From NCBI GenBank assembly GCA_016198685.1, contig JACQID010000004.1, positions 256,001 through 320,000 on the forward strand: a DNA stretch of 64,000 bases, read 5' to 3'. The notes beneath the pieces are model-generated. The model saw nothing but the letters and a program-made list of their open reading frames with translations. It ran no database searches and was not told the DNA's origin. Shown piece after piece: positions 47,801-57,508 of the stretch. The translations under genes and the position numbers were made by a program. The number at the start of each line of letters is the position of its first letter. The first letter of the stretch is position 1. This stretch comes from Candidatus Aenigmatarchaeota archaeon. Lineage in GTDB: Archaea > Aenigmatarchaeota > Aenigmatarchaeia > GW2011-AR5.

Positions 47801-48334
47801 TTATACTTTTCTCTTCGCAAAGACCATGATTTCCGAAACCGTTTGTTCCGGAGTTTTGTCTGAAGTGTCAATGACAATATCTGCCTCTTTTTCCTGGGAA
47901 AACGTGTCAAAGCCATACAAGCTCTTAAATGTCTTCCTCTCAAGATCGTCCTTCTCTTTCACCGTTCTCGCGGCCGATTCAATGCTTACACCGTCTCTTT
48001 TAGCGTATCTTTCGGCTCTTTTTTCAACTCTCGCCTTAAGCCATATCTTAACGTCGGCTATTGTATTAAGGAAATGAATAGCCAGCTTGCCATCTATGGC
48101 AATATTGCCCTTTTTCGCGTTTTCGACCATCAGCTTGTCTATGGCATGATGGAAATCTTTTGATGAGCCTTTTTCGCTTCCAAAAAAGTCCACCGCTTCT
48201 TGAGTCTTGCCTTTGGAAAAGCTCTTGAAATATTCGCCGGCGGAAAAGAATCCAAGGCCGAGTTTCTTGGCAAGAAGCCTTCCTGTTGTCGTGGAACCGC
48301 ATCCTGGCTGGCCTGAAATAGCTATAACGACCAT
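47801..48334 (-). CDS. cmk: Cytidylate kinase (archaeal type)
   Basis: ISGQPGCGSTT, IDGKLA, ERKTFKSLYG. Confidence 0.9.
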   Translation of the reverse strand: MVVIAISGQPGCGSTTTGRLLAKKLGLGFFSAGEYFKSFSKGKTQEAVDFFGSEKGSSKDFHHAIDKLMVENAKKGNIAIDGKLAIHFLNTIADVKIWLKARVEKRAERYAKRDGVSIESAARTVKEKDDLERKTFKSLYGFDTFSQEKEADIVIDTSDKTPEQTVSEIMVFAKRKV

Positions 48335-48371
48335 GTGATCATCATTGACAGAACAAATTAAATAGAAATAC

Positions 48372-50036
48372 TCAGCCGAATATCATTCTGATAATGGAGT
48401 TAATGTTGTCAATATATGAACGCGTCGGGAACTGTTCAGTTCCAGCCCTGACGCTCGGAGTAAGATTGACGCTTACAGTCACGTTCTTCGATGTTATGAC
48501 CTCAACGATTCTTGTCTCGTTTTTATACCCCGTTTTCTGCAATCTCAGCGTATAATTCTTGCTCTCCAGGCTGACATTCAGCGGACTGGTTCCGATATAA
48601 GTATCGTTGATATAAACAGAAGCCTTGTCAGGATTCGTCAAAACCATGAGCGAACCGTTGTTGGAAGTCGGTACTATAAGAGACAAATATGCAGCCACGC
48701 TTGTTGTTTTGCCCGGAAGAACTTCTTCCCTGAATTGCCTTGCCAAATATCCAACTTTGCCTACGGACACTGTGTAATTGCCTATGACAAGGTCATTCAC
48801 AACAAGCGGCGTTACCCCACGGTAGGCACGGTCGATAAGAACGAATCCTCCTGACGGGTTCGATGTTATTGTCATGTTGCCTTTGTATGGCGGCAGAGGC
48901 TTAAGCGTGAGGTTCACTATTGCAGTTTTCCCGTCTGGTACTGTGACTGTCATGAATTCCGTGAGATATCCTGGTTTGTCGAGCATCAAAGAATGCATGC
49001 CTGGTGCAACCCGTGTGATGGTCAGAGGTGCGATGCTGTATTCGGAAACAGAGCCGTCAAGGTATACATAGACTACTCGCGGCGATACGTCTATCGTAAT
49101 ATTACCATACGCCGATACAGATGGCATTGTTGTTGTCGTGGTCGTTATCGTAGTTGTCGTAATATTAGGAATCGTGGTTGTTGTGACATTCGATGGAATC
49201 GTGGTTGTTGTGGAGATTGTTGTGGTAGTAGTATTAGAACTATTCCCGGATGGCATTGTCGTTGTTGTAACATCTGAGAATACTGCATATACGCGGGATA
49301 GCCTTCCCGAAACTACCACTACCTTTGGATAGAACTTTGGCTCATATCCTGCCAGTTCGAGCTTGACCGAATAATTCCCCGCGGCATACGTGCCCTCGTA
49401 GGGCGTGACGCCGGAATATTTATCATTGATGTAAACATTTGCCCCAGAAGGCGTGGATATCGCAGATAAGTTGCCGAACTGGAGGGGCTTCAGGCCAACC
49501 TGCAAAGCTGTATGATGGGATCCTGTTATGTTGAACGCAACTTCGTGATTTTCATACCCATCTTTTGATATCTTTGCAACATAGCTGCCGGCGTTAAGCA
49601 CAAGGTTCTTGAAATTGCTTATCCTGAAGGCAGAATCATATTTTCCTTGGGAATATACATTGACAATAGCTCCTGATGGGAACGTATATAGTGTCAGATT
49701 GCCCGTAGGCCCGGGAACAAGATTCACGCTGAGGAAAGATGTATTCCCGCCTTTTATCCCAACAACAGCATTATAAGGAAGATATCCTATTTTTTCCAGC
49801 CTTATTGAATGCTGTCCTGCAGGAAGAGGCAGTTTTGTAGGAGTGCTCCATACTGTTAAAGGGTGCGCATCGGTAAACACATATGCTCCAGACGGCACGG
49901 AGACGATGGAAACATTGCCCATATCTGTTGCTGAGAAACCTATGCTACTTAACATTGCAATTAACGATATTATGAAAAGACCGTTGATAATAACCGATTT
50001 TTGCCTGTTTAAATTATGCATTCTTGCAATATGCAC
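48372..50036 (-). CDS. PEGA-domain surface protein (six PEGA repeats, Thr-rich linker)
   Basis: Six GxLxIxSxPxGAxV...KxGY units with a TTTT-rich linker between units 3 and 4; N-terminal TM/signal. Confidence 0.9.
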   Translation of the reverse strand: MHIARMHNLNRQKSVIINGLFIISLIAMLSSIGFSATDMGNVSIVSVPSGAYVFTDAHPLTVWSTPTKLPLPAGQHSIRLEKIGYLPYNAVVGIKGGNTSFLSVNLVPGPTGNLTLYTFPSGAIVNVYSQGKYDSAFRISNFKNLVLNAGSYVAKISKDGYENHEVAFNITGSHHTALQVGLKPLQFGNLSAISTPSGANVYINDKYSGVTPYEGTYAAGNYSVKLELAGYEPKFYPKVVVVSGRLSRVYAVFSDVTTTTMPSGNSSNTTTTTISTTTTIPSNVTTTTIPNITTTTITTTTTTMPSVSAYGNITIDVSPRVVYVYLDGSVSEYSIAPLTITRVAPGMHSLMLDKPGYLTEFMTVTVPDGKTAIVNLTLKPLPPYKGNMTITSNPSGGFVLIDRAYRGVTPLVVNDLVIGNYTVSVGKVGYLARQFREEVLPGKTTSVAAYLSLIVPTSNNGSLMVLTNPDKASVYINDTYIGTSPLNVSLESKNYTLRLQKTGYKNETRIVEVITSKNVTVSVNLTPSVRAGTEQFPTRSYIDNINSIIRMIFG

Positions 50037-50204
50037 GTTCTTCTATTTAAATTTATTTTTCGTGGTTTTTAGATGTTCTTTGCGCATTTGACAACGCATT
50101 TATAAGTTTAATCCACAAAGTAGCTTCATGATATGCGGTTTCGCAGATCTCATTTTCAGGTAACTTTCCCGCACATATTTAGCCGTGCGTTTCAATAATC
50201 AAAG

Positions 50205-52571
50205 ATGATAGCTATGGACAAGAATTACGATCCGAAAATCGCCGAAGAGAAGTGGCAGGAACAATGGAACAGGGAAGGCGTTTACCGCTTTGATCCCCAA
50301 AGCGCAAAGCCTCTATTTTCAATAGATACGCCGCCGCCTACGGTCTCAGGAAGCATGCATATAGGACATGCGTTTTCTTATTCGCAGATGGATTTCATAG
50401 CGCGATATCACCGCATGAAAGGCGAGAACGTCTTCATGCCTTTCGGAACCGATGACAACGGCCTTGCAACCGAAAGACTCATAGAAAAATTAAATAATGT
50501 CCGTTCAAAAAAAATGGACAGGGGCAAATTCATAGAACTTTGCCTTGCAACGCTTGAAAAAATAAGACCGGACTTTGTTGCGGACTGGAAGAGAATGGGC
50601 ATATCTGCGGACTGGACGATATTTTACTCTACAATAAACGATCATTGCCGAAAAATCTCCCAGCAATCTTTCATAGAATTATATAATAAAGGGCTTGAAT
50701 ACAGGGTCAAGGCACCGTTCATGTGGTGCCCGCAGTGCCAGACTGCAATAGCGCAAGTGGAGCTTAAGGATGTGGAAAAAGAATCCAAATTAGTCTATAT
50801 TAAACTTGATGTTGAAGGCAGCAATCAGATAAGCATAGCAACCACAAGACCGGAACTCTTCGGCTCGGCGGCTGCCATATATGTGAATCCCGAAGACAAG
50901 CGTTACACAAAACTTATAGGCAAGAAAGCCACTATACCGATTTACAACAGGAATATTCCCATAATGGCCAATGAAGAGGCAGATATGGAATACGGAACAG
51001 GAGCAGTCTACCAGTCTACGTTCGGCGACATGACTGATGCCGACTGGGCCAAGAAGTTCAGAACAGAGGTCACAGAAATACTAAATCCGGACGGCACTCT
51101 CACTGCAGCAGCCGGCGCTTATGGAGGCATGAAGACCGGCGAAGCCAGGGCCAAAATAATAGAGGATTTGAAGCCATGGATAGAGAAGATAGTGCCGCTG
51201 AAGCACGCGGTGAATGTGCATGAAAGATGCGAGACGGACATAGAAATTCTTCCGACCTACCAGTGGTTCATCAAATATCCTTCAAAGGAAGTGATGCTTG
51301 CTGCAGGCGCTGCGCTTAAGTGGCATCCCGAGCACATGAAAAACAGATATGATAACTGGGTAAGAGGCTTGAAATGGGATTGGTGCATTTCACGGCAAAG
51401 ATACTTTGGCATACCGTTTCCTGTATGGTACTGCAAGGATTGCGGGGAAATAATACTTGCTGATATTAACAAGCTTCCGGTTGATCCGCTGGTTGATAGG
51501 CCTGGAAAGAAATGCAAATGCGGCTCTTTGGACGTTGAACCTGAAAAGGATGTCATGGATACATGGGCTACATCATCATTGACGCCGCAAATAACCAGAG
51601 AACTCATGAAAGACACTCCCGCTTACAATAAATTCTTTCCGATGAGTCTTCGTCCTCAGGCACACGACATAATATCATTCTGGCTTTTCAATACCACCAT
51701 AAAATCACTCCTCCATCAGGGAAAGCCCGCATGGCATAATGTCATGATATCCGGCTGGGCGCTTGATCCACAGGGCAGGAAGATGTCAAAAAGCAAGGGC
51801 AACACAATAATCCCGCAGGAAATGGCCAAGAAGTATTGCGCTGATGCCCTAAGGTTCTGGGCGGCATCATCGAATCTTGGAGAGGATTTACCCTTCCAGG
51901 AAAAGGAACTCGTCACAGGCATGAAAACTATCACAAAACTATGGAACGCCGCCAAGTTTGTTGCATCATCTACCGAAGGCGCCGTAGCCAAGCCTGATGC
52001 GCTGCACCCGGCAGATGCATGGCTTCTCACTAAGCTTTCTAAGGCAGTGAATGCTTCCACAGAAGCTTTTGAGAATTATGAATATTCAAAAGCCAAGATA
52101 GAAACCGATCTTTTCTTCTGGCGCGTTTTCACCGATTATTATATAGAAATTGTTAAGGATAGGATATATAATCCCGGCAATTACAGCAAGCAGGATGCGG
52201 ATTCGGCTAAGTATACGCTAAGGACTGCCATGCTGGCTGTTCTCAAACTTTTTGCGCCGATTATGCCCCATATCACCGAAGAAATATACCGCATTATATT
52301 CACAATGAAGGAAACCATCCATAAGTCCGGATGGCCGAAGATGGATTATAATTATGACAAAGAAGAAATCGAGGGCGATGAAATCGTAAAGGCAATTGAT
52401 TATATAAGAAAATACAAGAGCGATAACAAGCTTGCCATGAACGCCCCGCTTAAGGAAGTCATAATCGGGCAGAAACTGTCTGCACCTATGGCCGATGCGC
52501 TCAAAGCGACCATGAAAATAGAAAAAATAACCTTCTTTGAAGGCAGAGATCCGACGGAAATAGTTCAGTGA
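50205..52571 (+). CDS. valS: Valyl-tRNA synthetase (archaeal type)
   Basis: IDTPPPTVSGSMHIGH, DWCISRQ, QAHDII, KMSKSKGN. Confidence 0.96.
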   Translation: MIAMDKNYDPKIAEEKWQEQWNREGVYRFDPQSAKPLFSIDTPPPTVSGSMHIGHAFSYSQMDFIARYHRMKGENVFMPFGTDDNGLATERLIEKLNNVRSKKMDRGKFIELCLATLEKIRPDFVADWKRMGISADWTIFYSTINDHCRKISQQSFIELYNKGLEYRVKAPFMWCPQCQTAIAQVELKDVEKESKLVYIKLDVEGSNQISIATTRPELFGSAAAIYVNPEDKRYTKLIGKKATIPIYNRNIPIMANEEADMEYGTGAVYQSTFGDMTDADWAKKFRTEVTEILNPDGTLTAAAGAYGGMKTGEARAKIIEDLKPWIEKIVPLKHAVNVHERCETDIEILPTYQWFIKYPSKEVMLAAGAALKWHPEHMKNRYDNWVRGLKWDWCISRQRYFGIPFPVWYCKDCGEIILADINKLPVDPLVDRPGKKCKCGSLDVEPEKDVMDTWATSSLTPQITRELMKDTPAYNKFFPMSLRPQAHDIISFWLFNTTIKSLLHQGKPAWHNVMISGWALDPQGRKMSKSKGNTIIPQEMAKKYCADALRFWAASSNLGEDLPFQEKELVTGMKTITKLWNAAKFVASSTEGAVAKPDALHPADAWLLTKLSKAVNASTEAFENYEYSKAKIETDLFFWRVFTDYYIEIVKDRIYNPGNYSKQDADSAKYTLRTAMLAVLKLFAPIMPHITEEIYRIIFTMKETIHKSGWPKMDYNYDKEEIEGDEIVKAIDYIRKYKSDNKLAMNAPLKEVIIGQKLSAPMADALKATMKIEKITFFEGRDPTEIVQ

Positions 52572-52576
52572 TTGTT

Positions 52577-53794
52577 ATGGCAGAAGATCATACAAAAAGT
52601 TCAGGCTACAAATTGAAAAAGATACTGAAATTTCTCGGCTCGATAAGAGGAAGGCACACCGAACTCGTGACGGTTTACGTGCCTGCCGGTTACAGCTTGC
52701 ATGAAGTTTCGGCGCAATTAAGGCAGGAGCAAGGCACAGCGGAAAATATCAAATCCAAGGCCGTCAGGAAGAACGTGACAACTGCTCTGGATAAAATAAT
52801 ACGTCATATGCAGCTCTATAAGGCGACTCCCGAGAACGGTCTTGCATTCTTTTCTGGTAACGTCTCTGAAAAAGAGGGAGTGAATGACATAGAACTATGG
52901 GCAATAGAGCCGCCTGAGCCAATCAGAACGAAGATGTACTGGTGTGACCAGACATTCATACTCGAGCCCCTGCAGGCGATGGTTCAAGAAAAGGAAGTTT
53001 ACGGCCTTGTCGGCGTGGACAAGAGTGAAGCAGATATAGCAATATTGAAAGGCAAGAAGATAGAAGTGATAAGCCATTTCGATTCTATAGTGCCTGGAAA
53101 GACGAAAGCAGGCGGCCAGAGCAGCGCAAGGTTTGCCCGTGTCCGCGAGGGCATGCTGAATGACTGGCTCAAGGAGGTAGGCGATGCTGTCAATAGCACA
53201 TTCCATGGGCACAAAGAAATGAAAGGAATACTTCTTGGAGGCCCGGGGCCGATAAAGGAAATGTTCCTGAAAGAGGATTACCTGCACATGGACATAAAGA
53301 AGCTCGTGCTCGGAACCGTGGACACGTCATATACAGGCGAGCACGGACTGCATGAAATATTGGAACGCGGACAGGACCTTATAAAAGAGGCGTCTGTAGT
53401 CAGGGAAAAGAATTTGCTCACTAAGTTTCTGGAGAATCTGCAGAAGCCGGAAGGCCTTGTTGCCTACGGTTTTCGTGAAGTGGACAAATATCTTAAGCTT
53501 GGAGCCGTTGACAGTGTTATAGTCGCAGAGACCCTGACGCTAAAGGAAATAAAATACGAATGCCGATGCGGGGAGAAGATTCGTTTTGTCAAAGAGGAGG
53601 AAAAAAACAGTCAGATATGCGAGGTCTGCAAGTTCCCGATGAAAATTCTTGGCGAAAAAGAGATAATTGAATATTTCGAAGAGGAAGCAAAGAACTACGG
53701 AGCCAGGCTTGAAGTCATATCCGGCGAGACAAAGGAAGGCGCGCAATTCCAGGCATTGGGAGGCGTAGGAGCGTTCCTGAGATACAAAGTTTAA
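52577..53794 (+). CDS. prf1: Peptide chain release factor aRF1
   Basis: NIKS, YWCD, GGQS motifs; GGVGAFLRY C-terminus. Confidence 0.97.
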   Translation: MAEDHTKSSGYKLKKILKFLGSIRGRHTELVTVYVPAGYSLHEVSAQLRQEQGTAENIKSKAVRKNVTTALDKIIRHMQLYKATPENGLAFFSGNVSEKEGVNDIELWAIEPPEPIRTKMYWCDQTFILEPLQAMVQEKEVYGLVGVDKSEADIAILKGKKIEVISHFDSIVPGKTKAGGQSSARFARVREGMLNDWLKEVGDAVNSTFHGHKEMKGILLGGPGPIKEMFLKEDYLHMDIKKLVLGTVDTSYTGEHGLHEILERGQDLIKEASVVREKNLLTKFLENLQKPEGLVAYGFREVDKYLKLGAVDSVIVAETLTLKEIKYECRCGEKIRFVKEEEKNSQICEVCKFPMKILGEKEIIEYFEEEAKNYGARLEVISGETKEGAQFQALGGVGAFLRYKV

Positions 53795-53877
53795 CGCTTA
53801 TTGCATGGAACCAATGAATTTGTAGCTGAATACCGGTTTTCGAACTGGCATTTAAATGTTTTATCCAGATAGAGTTT

Positions 53878-54327
53878 TTGAGCAATATGAAATTAGGGCC
53901 CATGAGAAAAAAGAAGCAGACATATCCCTCCAACATGAAAAATCCTTGGAATACCGATTTAACGCCCTATGTGGGAACAGAAATCATTGTTTACCAGCAT
54001 GCCATCATACCAGGCGATCATGGGCATGAGGAAAGGCATACAAGAGAACAAGGCTATTTACTACAGATATATCCGCATGATTCATCGTTCGACCTGGGGA
54101 GAGACTCTAACATGGGTTCTTCCAAACACAGAGTTCACAGAAATTGGGACGGGGGCGGCGTCAACATAACTACCTACCGCATAACCACAGCCGACTTGCC
54201 GGAAAAAGAAGTATACGCTAGCGACCAGGATTTTAGCCGTCTAAATCTTATAGACAAGGCTTCTTTCAGGCAAAATGCGCAAACTACGATAAAAATCAGG
54301 AAAGGAATGATATCGCAGGAAGCCTGA
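53878..54327 (+). CDS. Hypothetical protein (orphan)
   Basis: 149-aa ORF with no recognisable motif; start uncertain. Confidence 0.5.
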   Translation: MSNMKLGPMRKKKQTYPSNMKNPWNTDLTPYVGTEIIVYQHAIIPGDHGHEERHTREQGYLLQIYPHDSSFDLGRDSNMGSSKHRVHRNWDGGGVNITTYRITTADLPEKEVYASDQDFSRLNLIDKASFRQNAQTTIKIRKGMISQEA

Positions 54328-55072
54328 AAAGTTTAGCTGCATTCTTTGCGCATATTCTGTTGACTTCTGCGACATCCATGCCTTTTACTTCCGCTATCTC
54401 GGCTGCAGGAATTCTTATGTTTGTTGGCTCGCCCAGAAGTTTGCCATCTTTGTCTTTTCCACCAAACCAGGGCGAATCCGTTTCAAGCATAAGATTTTCC
54501 ATAGGAATATCACGGATAACTTTCTTGTGGCTTTTTGAACGTGCTGAGACAGGGCCTACAGAAACCAGCCATCCGCGATCTTTTATCGCGCTTGCGAATC
54601 TGTTCTCGCCCCACATATGGAGCTGCACGCGCTCTGCGTTATGTTTTTCAAGCATCTGTATTGCATTCGCATGCGCATCGCGCGTGTGAACTATGAGGAC
54701 TTTATCTAATTCCTTGGCGAACTCTATGGATTTCGCAAAAAGCTCCTTCTGCTTCTCCTGCCAATAAGATTCCTTTATCCAGAAATAATCAAGCCCCTGT
54801 TCGCCCACGCCCACTATATCTTTTTCATGCTCCCGTATCCATGCAAATGCCTTGTCTATGTCGCTTTGCGCCAAATCCTTGACATATTCCGGATGAACGC
54901 CAGCGCCCATAAACACGAATCCCTTGTACTTGCGCGAAAGCTCAAGGCCTCTTTGGAAGTCCTTTGGGTGCGTGGAAGGGCTTATAACCGCTTTCATTCC
55001 TGCATCTTTGCATCTTGCTATGACATCATCAGCATTCTTCATGAGTTCAAGATGGCAATGCGAGTCTATCAT
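54296..55072 (-). CDS. tatD: TatD-family nuclease
   Basis: MIDSHCHL, GVHP, GEQGLDY, VHTRDA, LETDSP. Confidence 0.94.
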   Translation of the reverse strand: MIDSHCHLELMKNADDVIARCKDAGMKAVISPSTHPKDFQRGLELSRKYKGFVFMGAGVHPEYVKDLAQSDIDKAFAWIREHEKDIVGVGEQGLDYFWIKESYWQEKQKELFAKSIEFAKELDKVLIVHTRDAHANAIQMLEKHNAERVQLHMWGENRFASAIKDRGWLVSVGPVSARSKSHKKVIRDIPMENLMLETDSPWFGGKDKDGKLLGEPTNIRIPAAEIAEVKGMDVAEVNRICAKNAAKLFRLPAISFLS

Positions 55073-55143
55073 GCTATCACATACAAAGAGATATTTTAAT
55101 GATGTTGCATTGCCCTTAAAATAACGTTAATACAGGAATAGAA

Positions 55144-55524
55144 TTATTTCGCCTTGACAAAAACAGCATTGATTGCGCCGTCCTGGCCGGGTCGGCTTGT
55201 GATCTTTATGAGACCGATATCCGAATCAACTATGGCACCCTTGCTTAAGATGTTTCTTCTTGCGAACTGCATATTAGCTGGATTATCTTTGACGGTAACC
55301 AGCTTGGCTTTGACACATTTGCCGTCCTTGATGACATTCGCATAATCTGATGAATATAGAACATCCTTGGAGTGGCCGCCACGAATACGTATCTGAACTG
55401 CCTTTGTTTTTCCAAGAGTAGCGGGATAGAAATCCCTTCCAGCATCCATCCTTCTCTTCTTGCCGTGGCTCTGGATGAGCTTACCGGAAGGTCCTCTCTT
55501 GGATCTGAGTCTCCATTGCGTCAT
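55144..55524 (-). CDS. rps8e: Ribosomal protein eS8
   Basis: GPSGKL, RIRGG, NPAN...RRNILSKGA, TSRPGQDG. Confidence 0.96.
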   Translation of the reverse strand: MTQWRLRSKRGPSGKLIQSHGKKRRMDAGRDFYPATLGKTKAVQIRIRGGHSKDVLYSSDYANVIKDGKCVKAKLVTVKDNPANMQFARRNILSKGAIVDSDIGLIKITSRPGQDGAINAVFVKAK

Positions 55525-55608
55525 AATATCTTAAGTTCATAGCCAAATTATCTATTTAAACGTATCTGTAAATACAAGTCTTATTCCAAGTTTTGGAGGT
55601 TTTGAAAT

Positions 55609-55833
55609 ATGGAGAGACCAATAGACGTTCTAAACAACGCAAAGGGAAAAAGGGTGCTGATAAAACTCAAGAATGGCACTGAAATCTCGGGCCAACTGCA
55701 GGCAATGGATCTGCATTTGAATATGTGGCTTGAGAGCGCGGACCAGACTTTTAACGACAAGACGACAAAGCTGGGAACCGTATTGGTTAGAGGAGATAAC
55801 ATACTCTACGTGTCGCCTGAAAAAAGCGAATGA
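55609..55833 (+). CDS. Sm-like (Lsm/SmAP1) protein
   Basis: MERPIDVL, GQLQAMDLHLNMWL, VRGDNI; upstream of rpl37e. Confidence 0.95.
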   Translation: MERPIDVLNNAKGKRVLIKLKNGTEISGQLQAMDLHLNMWLESADQTFNDKTTKLGTVLVRGDNILYVSPEKSE

Positions 55834-55844
55834 AGTGAAGAAAG

Positions 55845-56078
55845 ATGGCAAAAGGAACACCCAGCTTTGGAAAGCACCAGACAATATCGCACATAAACTG
55901 CAAGAGATGCGGAAGGCACAGCTACCACATCAAGATGCAGAAGTGCTCGGCCTGCGGCTATCCAAGAGCAAAGATACGACAGGAATCTTGGAGAAGAAAA
56001 TTAACAAACAGAAGCGCGAGGAAGGCCGTCAAAGTTCTTCACATGAAACAAAAGACGACGCGCCGCGGAAGACGATAA
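55845..56078 (+). CDS. rpl37e: Ribosomal protein eL37
   Basis: KGTPSFGK, CKRCGRHSY...CSACGY; basic C-terminal extension. Confidence 0.95.
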   Translation: MAKGTPSFGKHQTISHINCKRCGRHSYHIKMQKCSACGYPRAKIRQESWRRKLTNRSARKAVKVLHMKQKTTRRGRR

Positions 56079-56132
56079 CCATCCCGCGGTTCTAAGATAA
56101 GGTTTTATTTTTATCTTTGTAATTTCACGTAA

Positions 56133-56238
56133 GGGCCTGTAGCTCAGCCTGGCAGAGCATGAAACGCAATCCGTTTCATACGCAAATAGCACCTGCCTCT
56201 TAAGCAGGGAGTCGCGAGTTCAAATCTCGTCGGGCCCA
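56133..56238 (+). tRNA. tRNA-Lys(CTT) with 32-nt D-arm intron (about 22/23; 56156-56187)
   Basis: GGGCCTG/CGGGCCC, anticodon arm CCTGC-CTCTTAA-GCAGG, T arm GCGAG-TTCAAAT-CTCGT; extra hairpin ATGAAACG/CGTTTCAT. Confidence 0.9.
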
Positions 56239-56241
56239 TCC

Positions 56242-56781
56242 ATGCGTTCTTCTTCCGTATCACCGCATTTATGGCAGGAAGGAGACATAGTCCTCTATAA
56301 GTCCTATAGCAAGTATCTGGCTATGGTAATGGCCAAATACGGATTCTCGAAGACAGGCGAGCCTGTATATATTGTGGGAGTCATATGCCCGCCAAAACTC
56401 CAATATGCGCATATCTACGATCCCAAAGACGAATACGTGAAATCTTTTCTCCATGCCGCCATTGCAGGAAAAATTTCTCCCCAATTTCAGAAATGCGCTG
56501 CCGGATCCGTAAAGAATGCCTTAGACGACCCCAAATATACACGATATTACGAGCAAGAAACATCCGCGCCATTCTCCCTGACTGCAGGAGAATTGCAATA
56601 TTACCGCAAGCTGGTGCAAAATAATCCCCGGAGTGTCCAATTGGCTGTTGCACAAGATGATTCCAGAGAAAAATTTATTTCCAGAATATCCAAAGTCCAT
56701 CAGCATCTTCTTGCGCACCCTATCGACAATGCAAGGCAATATCATCCAAATCTTCATTCCTTAAATGAGAGACGAAACTGA
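56242..56781 (+). CDS. Hypothetical protein (orphan)
   Basis: 179-aa ORF starting 3 nt after tRNA-Lys; true start uncertain. Confidence 0.5.
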   Translation: MRSSSVSPHLWQEGDIVLYKSYSKYLAMVMAKYGFSKTGEPVYIVGVICPPKLQYAHIYDPKDEYVKSFLHAAIAGKISPQFQKCAAGSVKNALDDPKYTRYYEQETSAPFSLTAGELQYYRKLVQNNPRSVQLAVAQDDSREKFISRISKVHQHLLAHPIDNARQYHPNLHSLNERRN

Positions 56782-56819
56782 CATACACCGTATTTTCCAT
56801 GCCAGAACCATGCAATATG

Positions 56820-57506
56820 TCATGCTCCGGATTCCTCTTTCCCCTGTTCAGAAACTTCCACCATCCTTTCGAGAAGGGTTCTCATCGTATCGTATTCTTC
56901 CCTGCCAAGCTGCACGGCTGTATCGCCATATCTGAGAATTCCAACGCCTGCTTCCTCAAAAAACTTCTCAAGAACTAGGTCGTTTGCTGGAATATTTTGC
57001 AGTTCCCCTGACCATGTATTGCAGGGATAAACATAACTATATCCCCGCCGCTGCAATGTTTCTATCGCATCGCCGTATGGCGATATTCTTTGTCTTATTC
57101 TCCATATATGGGTCGTTATGCTATGATCCGTAAGCGGCTCTCCAAAAATAACTTCGGACAGTTCTCCATGGCTGACAACTCTTGGCTGCCTTTCCATGAG
57201 CTTGTATAACAGTTCAAAAGACAGCGGCGAAATGCGGCGTTCTTGCCGGTCAACATAAAGCTTTTCCTGCCATGCATCCAGATATACCGTATCAATGTCC
57301 CCTATGTATTGCTCCGTTTCACGCGGGCGGGCATAATCCAGGGATTCCGTCATATCTTTGAGCAGTTCTGTAAACAATCCGATCGCGTCCAGCCCTGCAT
57401 TTACCAGGCGTTCATTGGAAAAGCCCGAATCATTCAAGTGCCGATAAGCATCGTCAAGTATATTTCTAAATTGATTACGATAGGTGCCGCCTGGGCGGCC
57501 TGTCAT
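56820..57506 (-). CDS. Protein with OmpR/PhoB-type winged-helix DNA-binding domain
   Basis: ISPLSFELLYKLM...VVSHGELSEVIFG...ITTHIWRIRQRI...IETLQRRGY; no receiver domain. Confidence 0.8.
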   Translation of the reverse strand: MTGRPGGTYRNQFRNILDDAYRHLNDSGFSNERLVNAGLDAIGLFTELLKDMTESLDYARPRETEQYIGDIDTVYLDAWQEKLYVDRQERRISPLSFELLYKLMERQPRVVSHGELSEVIFGEPLTDHSITTHIWRIRQRISPYGDAIETLQRRGYSYVYPCNTWSGELQNIPANDLVLEKFFEEAGVGILRYGDTAVQLGREEYDTMRTLLERMVEVSEQGKEESGA

Positions 57507-57508
57507 GA

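Noticed and set aside
49120-49270. GTT/GTC-rich low-complexity repeats as CRISPR or VNTR
   Set aside because: They encode the Thr-rich linker of the PEGA protein; no constant repeat-spacer pattern. No CRISPR array or cas gene is seen in the window.
52577-53794. Stop-codon reassignment suggested by aRF1 or tRNA-Gly
   Set aside because: aRF1 keeps NIKS, YxC and GGQ; tRNA-Gly reads TCC; TAA, TAG and TGA all terminate conserved genes here.
55845-56078. Extended tails on eL37, eL31 and uL23
   Set aside because: Charged low-complexity extensions of r-proteins are common and not distinctive without alignments.
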